Source: an uncultured bacterium
Lineage (GTDB): Bacteria > Omnitrophota > Omnitrophia > Omnitrophales > Aquincolibacteriaceae
DNA: 56,646 nt
Direction of reading: 5' to 3'
NCBI GenBank assembly: GCA_964581425.1
Contig: CAZOOM010000003.1
Location: forward strand, 1-56,646
Part shown: in pieces, positions 48,601 through 54,859 of the stretch
Layout of the letters: each line of letters opens with the position of its first letter
Numbering within the stretch: position 1 is the first letter of the stretch
Program-made: the position numbers and the translations under genes
Notes under the pieces: model-generated
What the model saw: the letters and a program-made list of their open reading frames with translations, nothing else
Told to the model about the DNA's origin: nothing
The model's database searches: none

Positions 48601-51600
48601 CGAATTTTTCAAAAGCTGAACCCGAATTATTAAGAATACTTCAATCCTTTGGGTCCTCAAAAGCAGAATCGGCAGCTAAAGGCGCTAATCCGGGATCCAC
48701 TTTTACATTATTAGGGCGGCCGGGATTGTCTTCAGGTCAGGCGCGTGAATCAATCGGCGTTGATTCCTGGGCTTCCTATGATGAAAAGTTTACGCCTTTT
48801 ACTGGACAAAAGTTTTTTAAACAGGTTCCTTATCAACTGGTTGCAAATGAAAGTCGCGATGGCTGGGTATTTACTCAATATGCCCGTTTTGTTCAGCTTT
48901 ATTCTTCTCTCAAACTTCAACCAGATCTTCAGATCCTCACGGTTTATAATAGCAAAGATGAGATCGTTTTTTCAAAACGTGTGGATGGAGCAGTTTCATT
49001 TTACGAGCACGGAAAAATTCGGGAAACATTTAATCGCCGCGGGGAGCTAATCAGCGAGCACCACTACCAGTGTCCGTCGACGGGTTGTGCGAGTGCAGAT
49101 GATATGACCCTGATTTGGGTGGAATTGAAGAAAGCACGGCGAGACTTTGAAGATGAAACTCGCAAAATGAATTCTCAAATTGAAAGGGCAGAGCTGGATG
49201 CACTCATGCAGCTTGGTAATACCAAGGAACCTGCGAGGCTTAATATTATTCAAACCATGAATGAAGCGATAGTCGAATATGATAAAGCCCTTTCTTATCT
49301 GGAAAGCGTTAGATTTCAACAGGTCAAAGTCTGCCGCAATTTTCTTTTTTTTAAATCCTGTGATGAAGTCACGGTTGAAGTCCCTGGAGTGAAAGAGCAA
49401 ATCGACCGTTTTCAGTCGGAACGTTCCGGAGTCATTCAGACAGCTCAGACGCAGCTTGCAAATTTAGACGGTGAGATTGCTAAAAAGGAAAAAGAAATTA
49501 AGGATGCTGTAAACGAGCAAAGGCGGGAACTGGAAAAGAAAAAACAGGAGTATGAGAACGATATTCTTCGTTCGGAAATCGAGCCGGTCCTGATCGATTT
49601 TTTTCGCCGTCTGCTCGGGCGTGATCCTTCCTCAGAAGAATTGAATACTTGGATTGAAAAATCAAAAACCAATCAACGGCTTGATATTACAGCTTTGACT
49701 TCAGATTTAAATAAAAAAGCGCAAAGTGAAAACCGCCGTGTAGAAATCAATCAAATTATTGAACGCGTGCGGACTTTACTCGAGACTTATTTGAAGGCAT
49801 CTGATTCCGAGCGGCTTGCCATGCTGGATACTTATCATATCAATCATGATCTTGCCGTGGAATTGGACCAAACCGACAAAAATCTTATTCTTGAATGGCT
49901 GCAAAAAAGAGACCTGCATTTTGGATACTCAGCCTTTTTGTCACTCAAAGAAACTTTGCTGTCTCAAGGAATTTCCGTGGATGTGAAAACCTTGGCGGAA
50001 GAGACTCTTTTTATCGACATCCTTACCGGAGTGATCAATCAATTTACTGAAGGGGAAGTCCTGATATCCCTTTATGCGCTGATGCAATCAGCGAAAATCC
50101 ATGGTGCTGAATATTCGGGGGTGAAATACAGCTATGAAGATCTGCTGTCCCTTTACCGTCAGGCCTGTCCGGATGTCAAAGATCCTTGCAAGAAGCGTGT
50201 GATGGCTCATATAGGCGAGGATCATTTTGTGGTCATCACATCCGTAACGGATCATGAAGTGAAATATTTAGAAACGATTCGCGGCAGATCAGGAGAAATG
50301 GTAACGATCAGCAAAGAGCAATTTCTGAAAGTTTGGGACTTGAAAGGAAGCGGCGGGTATTTGATGGTTAATCAAGCGGATGCCGCTCCAACCAAGATTT
50401 TGGACCGTAAGACAACTTTGAAAATTCGGGGGGCCTGCTGGCCTTTATTTTTTGTCATTCTTTTCTGGACATCGGTGGCGCTTTCGGTGGCCAGTATGAT
50501 TGTTTCGGTTTACAGTCCTAAATGGGGAAAAATTCTAGGATACGCTGCTTTGGTTGCAAGCATTGTTTCCATTGTCGGTAGTGTTGGACAGCTTGCGATT
50601 CAGGGACTTAAAAGCGGACTTTCTTATATCACAAGCCACAGTCTTCTTGAAATGGTCAAAGCCGGAATTTCCCAGATCGGTAAACTCATCATGCTGCCTG
50701 TCAAATTTATCGGGAGGTTATTTCAAAATGGCTTCCAATTTTTAAAGGATGCTTACCGAACAGGACTTGAAAAACTTGGGTCTGGGATTACCCATCTGAG
50801 AGGATATTTGTCAACCGGACAAGGAGCGGTCTTGAAAGATGCCTCAGGGAAAATCCTTCTCAATTCCAAAGGGGAAGCCATCCGCGCATTTACCGGCACT
50901 CAAACAGCGGCGCGTCAGCTTTTATCAGTCGGACTTAATTATGGTGTTTCCTATGGACTCGAAGGAATGGGTTTAGATCCAATGATTGCCCGCTTGAGCG
51001 GGGCCTTTGTGAGCGGCGGTGTGCTGGGAGTGGGAGGTGAAGGCGCGAGTTTTATCAAATCCGGACTGGAAGGTTTTCTGCTTCAGGGAGTCAATGAAAT
51101 GGCGCTTCATCTTGGAGTGCCTCCGCCCATGACTGCCGGACTTTCGTTTTTAACGCAGGGCGCACTGAGCGCCTATTTTGATTCCACGCTGACGTTAAAA
51201 GATGCCTACAAACAACTCCTTCCTGAAACCATGGGCAAGATCACTCAAGGGGGTTTGGAACTCCTGGCCCAGGATTTAAAAATCGATCCCTGGATCACTC
51301 AGCTCATCAGCGTCCCGCTTGGGTTATGGAACCAAAACTTTACCCGAGGCGCTCTCCAGCTTGGATCTCAGTTGAACAGCCAGAGTGTTCTCGATATAGG
51401 GGGAAGGAGTTTGAGGGATATACTTGATGACCGAGGAATCGCGGGGATCGGAGCATCAATTGGGCTGGATGCGATCGGAGCACCTGCCGTGTTGCAGAAC
51501 TTTATTCCCGGTTTAATCGGCCAGTTGATTGGCGATGCGGAAGGAGGGGGTCCCGATCCTGGTGTGGTGGATGATTCGCACTCCAATATTCTCTCAAAAA

Positions 51601-53192
51601 TAGGGAACGGAATTCAAAAATTCGGGAAAGGGTTTACAAAAGTTGTCGGAACGGTGCTGGATTTTGGAAAGAAAGTAGTGAGCGGTGCTGGCTCGATCAC
51701 AGCGGAGGGATTTAAAAAAGGAGTTGGAGCCTTCCGTGCTATTTTCAGCCGCGAGACGCAGGAAAATATTATCAAGGAAGAAACGGGCTTACTGGTAGGG
51801 CATGCAACCAAGATTGGGAATAAATGGGAGTATCAAATTGATGATACTCGAATCAACTATGATTCCCAAACGGGAGTTTTAGAGGAAAATTTTGGGGTGG
51901 GCGGGGTTGCGAGGATAGAAGGTCTTGGCCAGGATGAAGCAGGAAACTTATTTTACGAAAAATTGACGTCTGAAAATGCGATGCCGGGCGGGACTCTGAA
52001 GCAGAGTTATGACAAAGGACATCTTATCAGTTGGACTTTTGACGCCGGAGGTCAATCAACGATTCAATTTTCAGGGAAGGACTCGAATGGATTTGATGCG
52101 AATGGAAATCTGATCAATGGTTCGATCGATTATTCCGAGACAGGAACAAAATATAAAATTTCTGATGGGTACGTCCAGGATGTCGAAATCAACTGGAATG
52201 AAAGTGATTTGGGAACGACGCCTCCGGCTCATATTAAAGAACCGTGGTTTGAAAAATTTGCCTTGTCAAAACCTGCGGATGCAGTCGATTCATGGCTGGA
52301 TAATGCTGCAGATTGGCTCATTGGGCAAACAGAAAATAAGATAGGCTGGATTTTAGTATCACCCGCTGAGATTAATTTTGCGAAGCTTTTAATAAAGGCC
52401 ATAACCACGGATGTGGTGCGTTTTGGTGGTGAAATGCCCGCGATGGCAGACAATTTGAGCGGGATGTGGGCTGCTTGGAAAGCCGGGAAGCCGGTTGACT
52501 TAGCATTTAAATTCTTTGCCTTAAGTGGTAATATTATCACCGAACTTGGCCGTGCGCTTGTGATCGGCAGTATCGCAAAAGGGCTCGCGACGGCAGCTAT
52601 TAAGGGCTCCGCGCCTCTGATTGGCGGACTGCTTGGTCTGAATGAACAGGGATTTGCAAGAATCGCGGCGGAAGATCTCTCAGCCTGGATGTATCGATTA
52701 GCTCATAGCGACGATCCCAAACTCCTTGAAGAGTTAATGCAATTTCTCAAGCGCAATCCATCCATGATGGAGGATTTTCGCAGTTTTATTAAGGATCCAG
52801 ATGAAATTATTAATGCCCTTAAGAAGGGGATTATTAATTTAGAAGATGCAGGCCGGATTCCGTTTAAGAAGGGTGAGGTATTAAAAAGTTTAGTAGATGA
52901 TGCAGTCACTAAATTTGAAAAAACTGGGCGCCAGACCACAGTTTTAGGTAATTACCCTGAGAATATGATCGGTTTAGACAAAAAGGGTATGAATGTTTTA
53001 AACCTTCCTAAGGGGGAATGGTCATGGGGAAAAAATATAGATTGGCTAAATGATGCCATTAATCGAGGTGATGATATATTGCTCGCCACTGAAACACCAA
53101 GCATTCCATCATCATACGCGGATGAGTTGAAATATTTATTTGAAAAGGGGTATGAACAGTATGGTAATTGGCTTATTAAGGTGAAAAAATGA
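42621..53192 (+). CDS. 3,523-aa membrane-anchored YD-repeat giant protein with C39-like domain, TM/glycine-rich segment and C-terminal variable (toxin-like) module
   Basis: It is a single uninterrupted ORF with an N-terminal hydrophobic anchor (aa ~17-36). It has many xDG(T/S)..(Y/F) beta-hairpin repeats, including clear YD repeats (YEYRDGETF..WVFDKDGNLL..DGYLYVY). Other parts are two beta-sandwich-like modules, a coiled coil, a DUF4214-like FFRRLLGRDPSSEELNTWI, a C39-like block (..EDHFVVITSV..), 2 TM helices, a Gly-rich region and a distinct ~110-aa tail. Confidence 0.9.
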   Translation: MSRTNSLQTDFLFPPFLRITAFLTAFIFSFEQFFYGAPPQDLFVPAASSDTQPTVSLSQANSVRAVNSVPTPVGAVPIKDGTEFLAKDSPLSPVEPTPSSKVLAPRQEINKPLSSDSELEFSQRYFSDQQKTVRLASLESVSSQAAATPIKVLAQRTETTPAGKVSRFIASVATEPGISGFTVSYSTDLINWKVISDSQSGLAMVWAPTSSGKIIWYDDGSLTPALGSMRFYRFLSVPFEAKLELPPSTVKLSDGSMIEFQKNGVKGIAIYDAQGKLLEIIDHPVPLVKQEQGMWNVLANGTRVYLSDGKPYVIEMTDGTQITNFVLDSNNKFQEALITYPDGTREQIWKGALIRRIRSDGWVEDFFPNGNKVREIYQNTLREFAYLKGPQSIVLETIVFENDIKRTYNALGILKEISFGDGRKLVYDIDSNLDGTFATFNKTKSVLPATTDPRWSQHTDDLIQGYYDLKGNPITLTFRDKTQIHFANGRINSITDSSGKIRYFEYILNKDLVTEIHVRWLEGTSPPTGTNIPIKPTYYVYDNQGKLKGAQTEEGFVTFDASSSSETTLFRTADGSLLELTDKTLQRIFLKDGTRVSGLDWNGTQFTDLTRITVDGSQTSYNAEKITDQKNASGSIVNYDLSEKPDLVTMEDGRVYLVTNKDLGNAQSERTLNLQTMMFADGSHLEFKDGVVVRYVQKVKTEITAIAEAPKNLPVGQVFVPKLRLVSGELRNVIIEGAGRIVSGEILMNDGTQYLFENRKIAREITVSGQILYFSNTPANPLQLFEKISDPDLGDADLSAVYSAATDFSKFTLEFKKSDGSSHKIALQDYLVQNGHEAILNALMKGFKQDILNASNGQSRFFETNDGNLAVSIRKDERFGEVRELTMDLRANFGLAGFYADFDNGGLNLTGYDFVSIPYRSATALPAGTKIKVEFKHGWSTFTTDTAYSESITTDWQYLQIPIVKDYGPIRQMTVVILAPSGEALKNTIELGPLSGFQRRATQDFQWAGLFGKTELDIQTLLVAEAKKLPTGGTLIEEEVLTDFKVDSKGRVVSGTLNLKDGSTQYFQDGKLSKWVFQNSKTYIYENGLAKYVFSLIDGKLTQSAFYYDMAFNGTIRSFVLEDQDVRREFSNSGEILKLTAKGYIVGFRDGKIDTIEVQNKGTWRNLIFAADGNLLKAEFDYLDDKVLVMDLEAGIYKVTKPGGITVEYKGSFIQAINVNTPNGTTNTRVEFKYTVTSDQKLLDAIAIDTDLKTGQTRTMALAEFLALPGRETERNEILTKPKVDVLNLANATGNGLYSTGALDYPAPQSGEGNSVAHTPRQEVQATETFTYQESSPKSSIIGMYINHKDSNRGWYNPFSFNTGSSSSSYNFLSITMRQDASMSWNQDYQVNVKGTNFNPLYSFRIPDLSSNFHTFMYSMEDRSGTEGEMTLELIREHDGSGKAGTVYLKDVSYWSVMKVSDQFWQDQTTVTAQQMKFLKIEADQLMRVNANVTNKKSVQYDSLAALSDIPTKLVYHGKTANDLTLQSFLKADGSFVELTEDQHVSKMTLGDGTVYEYQTQGSSAKGTIQDPAMAGESSDHLDYQYGNIRTINQTDGKKIYFSYETDPETGDEITVMKDPDTLEERRFKDGELYEVRSENGIRSRYQFKEGELLAADTTFRNRVMDSVSYEYRDGETFSTDERGTTWVFDKDGNLLRHLTRDGYLYVYSSTSQEFDSGVSTNGTNLNFDPTKENLPKTQEAFVLAANNYKREFLLGTDFHAVSLGGYESSNGAQLTFDFKKGGLGEIKLPEGDHAVNLIFGDNQEIQSGQIQFRDGSLMNIQEGIPVEYRTAQGTFYKAPLDLAQFDKIEVLENPDKTLGGWKLEKGDSWYIYDADGTLKQYENSSGESYLFTKDPNQGTVTQRFRQRSSQEGVFYPQEIKFQYLSNKIVFSNDDQVLAEQGGNGFIVSVYKPEFNRWDTFSGNMAADGDRLQLRLILEDVQPDQSIALATRDPNFSKAEPELLRILQSFGSSKAESAAKGANPGSTFTLLGRPGLSSGQARESIGVDSWASYDEKFTPFTGQKFFKQVPYQLVANESRDGWVFTQYARFVQLYSSLKLQPDLQILTVYNSKDEIVFSKRVDGAVSFYEHGKIRETFNRRGELISEHHYQCPSTGCASADDMTLIWVELKKARRDFEDETRKMNSQIERAELDALMQLGNTKEPARLNIIQTMNEAIVEYDKALSYLESVRFQQVKVCRNFLFFKSCDEVTVEVPGVKEQIDRFQSERSGVIQTAQTQLANLDGEIAKKEKEIKDAVNEQRRELEKKKQEYENDILRSEIEPVLIDFFRRLLGRDPSSEELNTWIEKSKTNQRLDITALTSDLNKKAQSENRRVEINQIIERVRTLLETYLKASDSERLAMLDTYHINHDLAVELDQTDKNLILEWLQKRDLHFGYSAFLSLKETLLSQGISVDVKTLAEETLFIDILTGVINQFTEGEVLISLYALMQSAKIHGAEYSGVKYSYEDLLSLYRQACPDVKDPCKKRVMAHIGEDHFVVITSVTDHEVKYLETIRGRSGEMVTISKEQFLKVWDLKGSGGYLMVNQADAAPTKILDRKTTLKIRGACWPLFFVILFWTSVALSVASMIVSVYSPKWGKILGYAALVASIVSIVGSVGQLAIQGLKSGLSYITSHSLLEMVKAGISQIGKLIMLPVKFIGRLFQNGFQFLKDAYRTGLEKLGSGITHLRGYLSTGQGAVLKDASGKILLNSKGEAIRAFTGTQTAARQLLSVGLNYGVSYGLEGMGLDPMIARLSGAFVSGGVLGVGGEGASFIKSGLEGFLLQGVNEMALHLGVPPPMTAGLSFLTQGALSAYFDSTLTLKDAYKQLLPETMGKITQGGLELLAQDLKIDPWITQLISVPLGLWNQNFTRGALQLGSQLNSQSVLDIGGRSLRDILDDRGIAGIGASIGLDAIGAPAVLQNFIPGLIGQLIGDAEGGGPDPGVVDDSHSNILSKIGNGIQKFGKGFTKVVGTVLDFGKKVVSGAGSITAEGFKKGVGAFRAIFSRETQENIIKEETGLLVGHATKIGNKWEYQIDDTRINYDSQTGVLEENFGVGGVARIEGLGQDEAGNLFYEKLTSENAMPGGTLKQSYDKGHLISWTFDAGGQSTIQFSGKDSNGFDANGNLINGSIDYSETGTKYKISDGYVQDVEINWNESDLGTTPPAHIKEPWFEKFALSKPADAVDSWLDNAADWLIGQTENKIGWILVSPAEINFAKLLIKAITTDVVRFGGEMPAMADNLSGMWAAWKAGKPVDLAFKFFALSGNIITELGRALVIGSIAKGLATAAIKGSAPLIGGLLGLNEQGFARIAAEDLSAWMYRLAHSDDPKLLEELMQFLKRNPSMMEDFRSFIKDPDEIINALKKGIINLEDAGRIPFKKGEVLKSLVDDAVTKFEKTGRQTTVLGNYPENMIGLDKKGMNVLNLPKGEWSWGKNIDWLNDAINRGDDILLATETPSIPSSYADELKYLFEKGYEQYGNWLIKVKK

Positions 53193-53611
53193 ACAGCGAT
53201 TATGGAATGGATAAATACGTGGATTTGATCAAGAAATATTTTTTATTCTTAGAGCAAGAATATAAAGGCCACTTTATTAGCGCAGAAAGGAAAAGTTTGA
53301 TTTTCTATATTCTTGAGAAATCTCAAGTTCGATTTGCATTAGATAGAAATCAGCTATTTCTCAGCATTCAACCTTGTGGCGTTGATGAATGGTTTGATTT
53401 GAGTATAGTCATTCTAGCTAAAGATCCCCAATCTAATTTTCGTTATGAATATTTAACTGAGCAAAACTACGAAAAGTGTATCCAAAATCTTTCTACTGCG
53501 CTTGCGAAATATGGAAAAGATCTTCTTGGTGGTGATGCAACAATTCAACAAGCCTATATTGCAGCTGGAAAAGAAATATGGAAAAAAATCAAAGCTAAAG
53601 ACGAAAAATGA
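53189..53611 (+). CDS. Small cytoplasmic protein, candidate cognate immunity protein
   Basis: Its ATG overlaps the giant gene's stop as ATGA. It is 140 aa with no signal peptide. The KKYFLFLEQEY..F N-terminus is a pattern common in immunity proteins. The gene is AT-rich. Confidence 0.6.
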   Translation: MNSDYGMDKYVDLIKKYFLFLEQEYKGHFISAERKSLIFYILEKSQVRFALDRNQLFLSIQPCGVDEWFDLSIVILAKDPQSNFRYEYLTEQNYEKCIQNLSTALAKYGKDLLGGDATIQQAYIAAGKEIWKKIKAKDEK

Positions 53612-53772
53612 AACTCTGGCAAAAAGGGCTTTGGATTGTTTTGATAGGCGGGCTGGTCAATGCCGTTCTCATCCAATCGAATACCGGTGGTTTCTTTCGC
53701 GAACTTGACCGCCTCGCCATCCTGGCTGGTTTTGGCATCACTTTTTTCGGTCTCATCAAGAAAAAGAAATAA
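53608..53772 (+). CDS. 54-aa two-TM peptide (below the ORF track's size cutoff)
   Basis: Its ATG overlaps the previous stop as ATGA. The sequence is MKLWQKGLWIVLIGGLVNAVLIQSNTGGFFRELDRLAILAGFGITFFGLIKKKK, two hydrophobic helices with a KKKK tail. Confidence 0.5.
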   Translation: MKLWQKGLWIVLIGGLVNAVLIQSNTGGFFRELDRLAILAGFGITFFGLIKKKK

Positions 53773-53797
53773 GACCTCAGGAGAGCAAGAGATAAGT

Positions 53798-53865
53798 GAC
53801 AGGCACCGAAGCGGGGACGGTCAGAACTTTTTAAGATTTACAATGAAAAAGAAGCCGTGCCTGTC
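53798..53865. repeat. GACAGGCAC / GTGCCTGTC 9-bp inverted repeat, related to the gpsA hairpin core
   Basis: The arms are at 53798-53806 and 53857-53865. They share the GGGACAGGC/GCCTGTCCC core with 40762-40802. A GTGCCtGGCAC palindrome lies at 53875-53885. Confidence 0.45.
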
Positions 53866-54118
53866 CCTCCTTGAGTGCCTGGCACCTTCTATTTTTGATT
53901 TTAATGAGCGCACAGATATCGAGTTCTTAAAATGGGTAAACCAATTCGATGGCTGGAAGAAAGATGCTCTGCTATTCGTTAAATCCGTGGCTGATTCGAT
54001 TTATTTCTCCATTAATAATCAAAATAAATCACCGGAGGATGCTGCCAAAACAGGAATATGGGAGGCGTTGGATGCTATGTATAAAAAACAGAAATCTCAG
54101 AATGGCAAGGGACCTTAA
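53843..54118 (+). CDS. 91-aa hypothetical protein
   Basis: The first ATG (53843) within the ORF running 53660..54118. I recognised no domain. It is AT-rich. Its 5' end overlaps an inverted-repeat arm, so the start is uncertain. Confidence 0.4.
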   Translation: MKKKPCLSLLECLAPSIFDFNERTDIEFLKWVNQFDGWKKDALLFVKSVADSIYFSINNQNKSPEDAAKTGIWEALDAMYKKQKSQNGKGP

Positions 54119-54120
54119 AA

Positions 54121-54630
54121 GTGCTAAAAAAAACGATTAAGATTATATTAGGGATAATTATTGCCTTACTCTGTACATTATTTGTATTAACATTTCATTA
54201 TGGGAATTTAGCGCACTATCTTTTATTTTTGTCTATTCAAAATAGAAATCCAACCACTTTAACGGTCGATCAAAAAGTAATTTTATTTCATAGATATATA
54301 GAAGCCAAACAACTTGGGAAGGCGCTCAAGTTGGGATCTTATTTTGAGCACGATATTAAGAATCTGAGTAAGTCTGAACGGGTCTACATAGCTGGCAACC
54401 TTGGGTTGATTATGAGGGCTACCGGCGGAGTAAATCACGAACTGGAATTATATGAAGATTTCTTTAAGACGGATTATCCGATCTTATACCATGCATTCAG
54501 AGCGGCTGTTTTTAAATATAACAATGATATGACTACAGCAAGCCACGAGCTAGAAATCGCTCGGAGTATGGCCAGAGAAGAGAATGATTCCATAACTCTT
54601 TCCGTAATCAATGATGTGCGAGTAAGCTAA
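54121..54630 (+). CDS. N-terminally membrane-anchored helical (TPR-like?) protein
   Basis: It has a GTG start and a TM helix (IILGIIIALLCTLFVLTF). The rest is helical. It is very AT-rich. Confidence 0.5.
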   Translation: MLKKTIKIILGIIIALLCTLFVLTFHYGNLAHYLLFLSIQNRNPTTLTVDQKVILFHRYIEAKQLGKALKLGSYFEHDIKNLSKSERVYIAGNLGLIMRATGGVNHELELYEDFFKTDYPILYHAFRAAVFKYNNDMTTASHELEIARSMAREENDSITLSVINDVRVS

Positions 54631-54706
54631 ATACATAGACAAGTGAGTTAGCCCGGGTTTGACGGACACCTAAAAACGTGGACAATAAACCACGCGGAGG
54701 TGTTCA

Positions 54707-54859
54707 GTGTCAAGACGAGGAAGATATCCCAAAGAGTTTAAGCTTGAAGCGGTACGGTTGTTGAATGAAGGGCAGAAACCAATTTCGGAAATAGCTATGG
54801 AATTGGGAGTTAAACGGACGCTCCTTTATCGAAAAAAGGGGTCAAGACTTCAATTGTAA
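54707..54859 (+). pseudogene. IS3-family transposase OrfA N-terminal stub (HTH_Tnp_1), truncated
   Basis: (M)SRRGRYPKEFKLEAVRLLNEGQKPISEIAMELGVKRTLLYR then runs into the left inverted repeat of the adjacent element and stops. There is no OrfB or DDE part anywhere nearby. Confidence 0.7.

Noticed and set aside
42621-53192. Calling the giant protein a canonical Rhs/TcC or CdiA toxin.
   Set aside because: YD repeats are present. However, I could not find the RHS core-terminal PxxxxDPxGL motif, a VENN or FHA/TPS domain, or PAAR/VgrG neighbours. I have left the family assignment open.
53660-53842. The long N-terminal extension of ORF 53660..54118.
   Set aside because: It overlaps the 54-aa 2-TM ORF in another frame and spans the inverted repeat. 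The first ATG at 53843 gives a more plausible, though still uncertain, gene.
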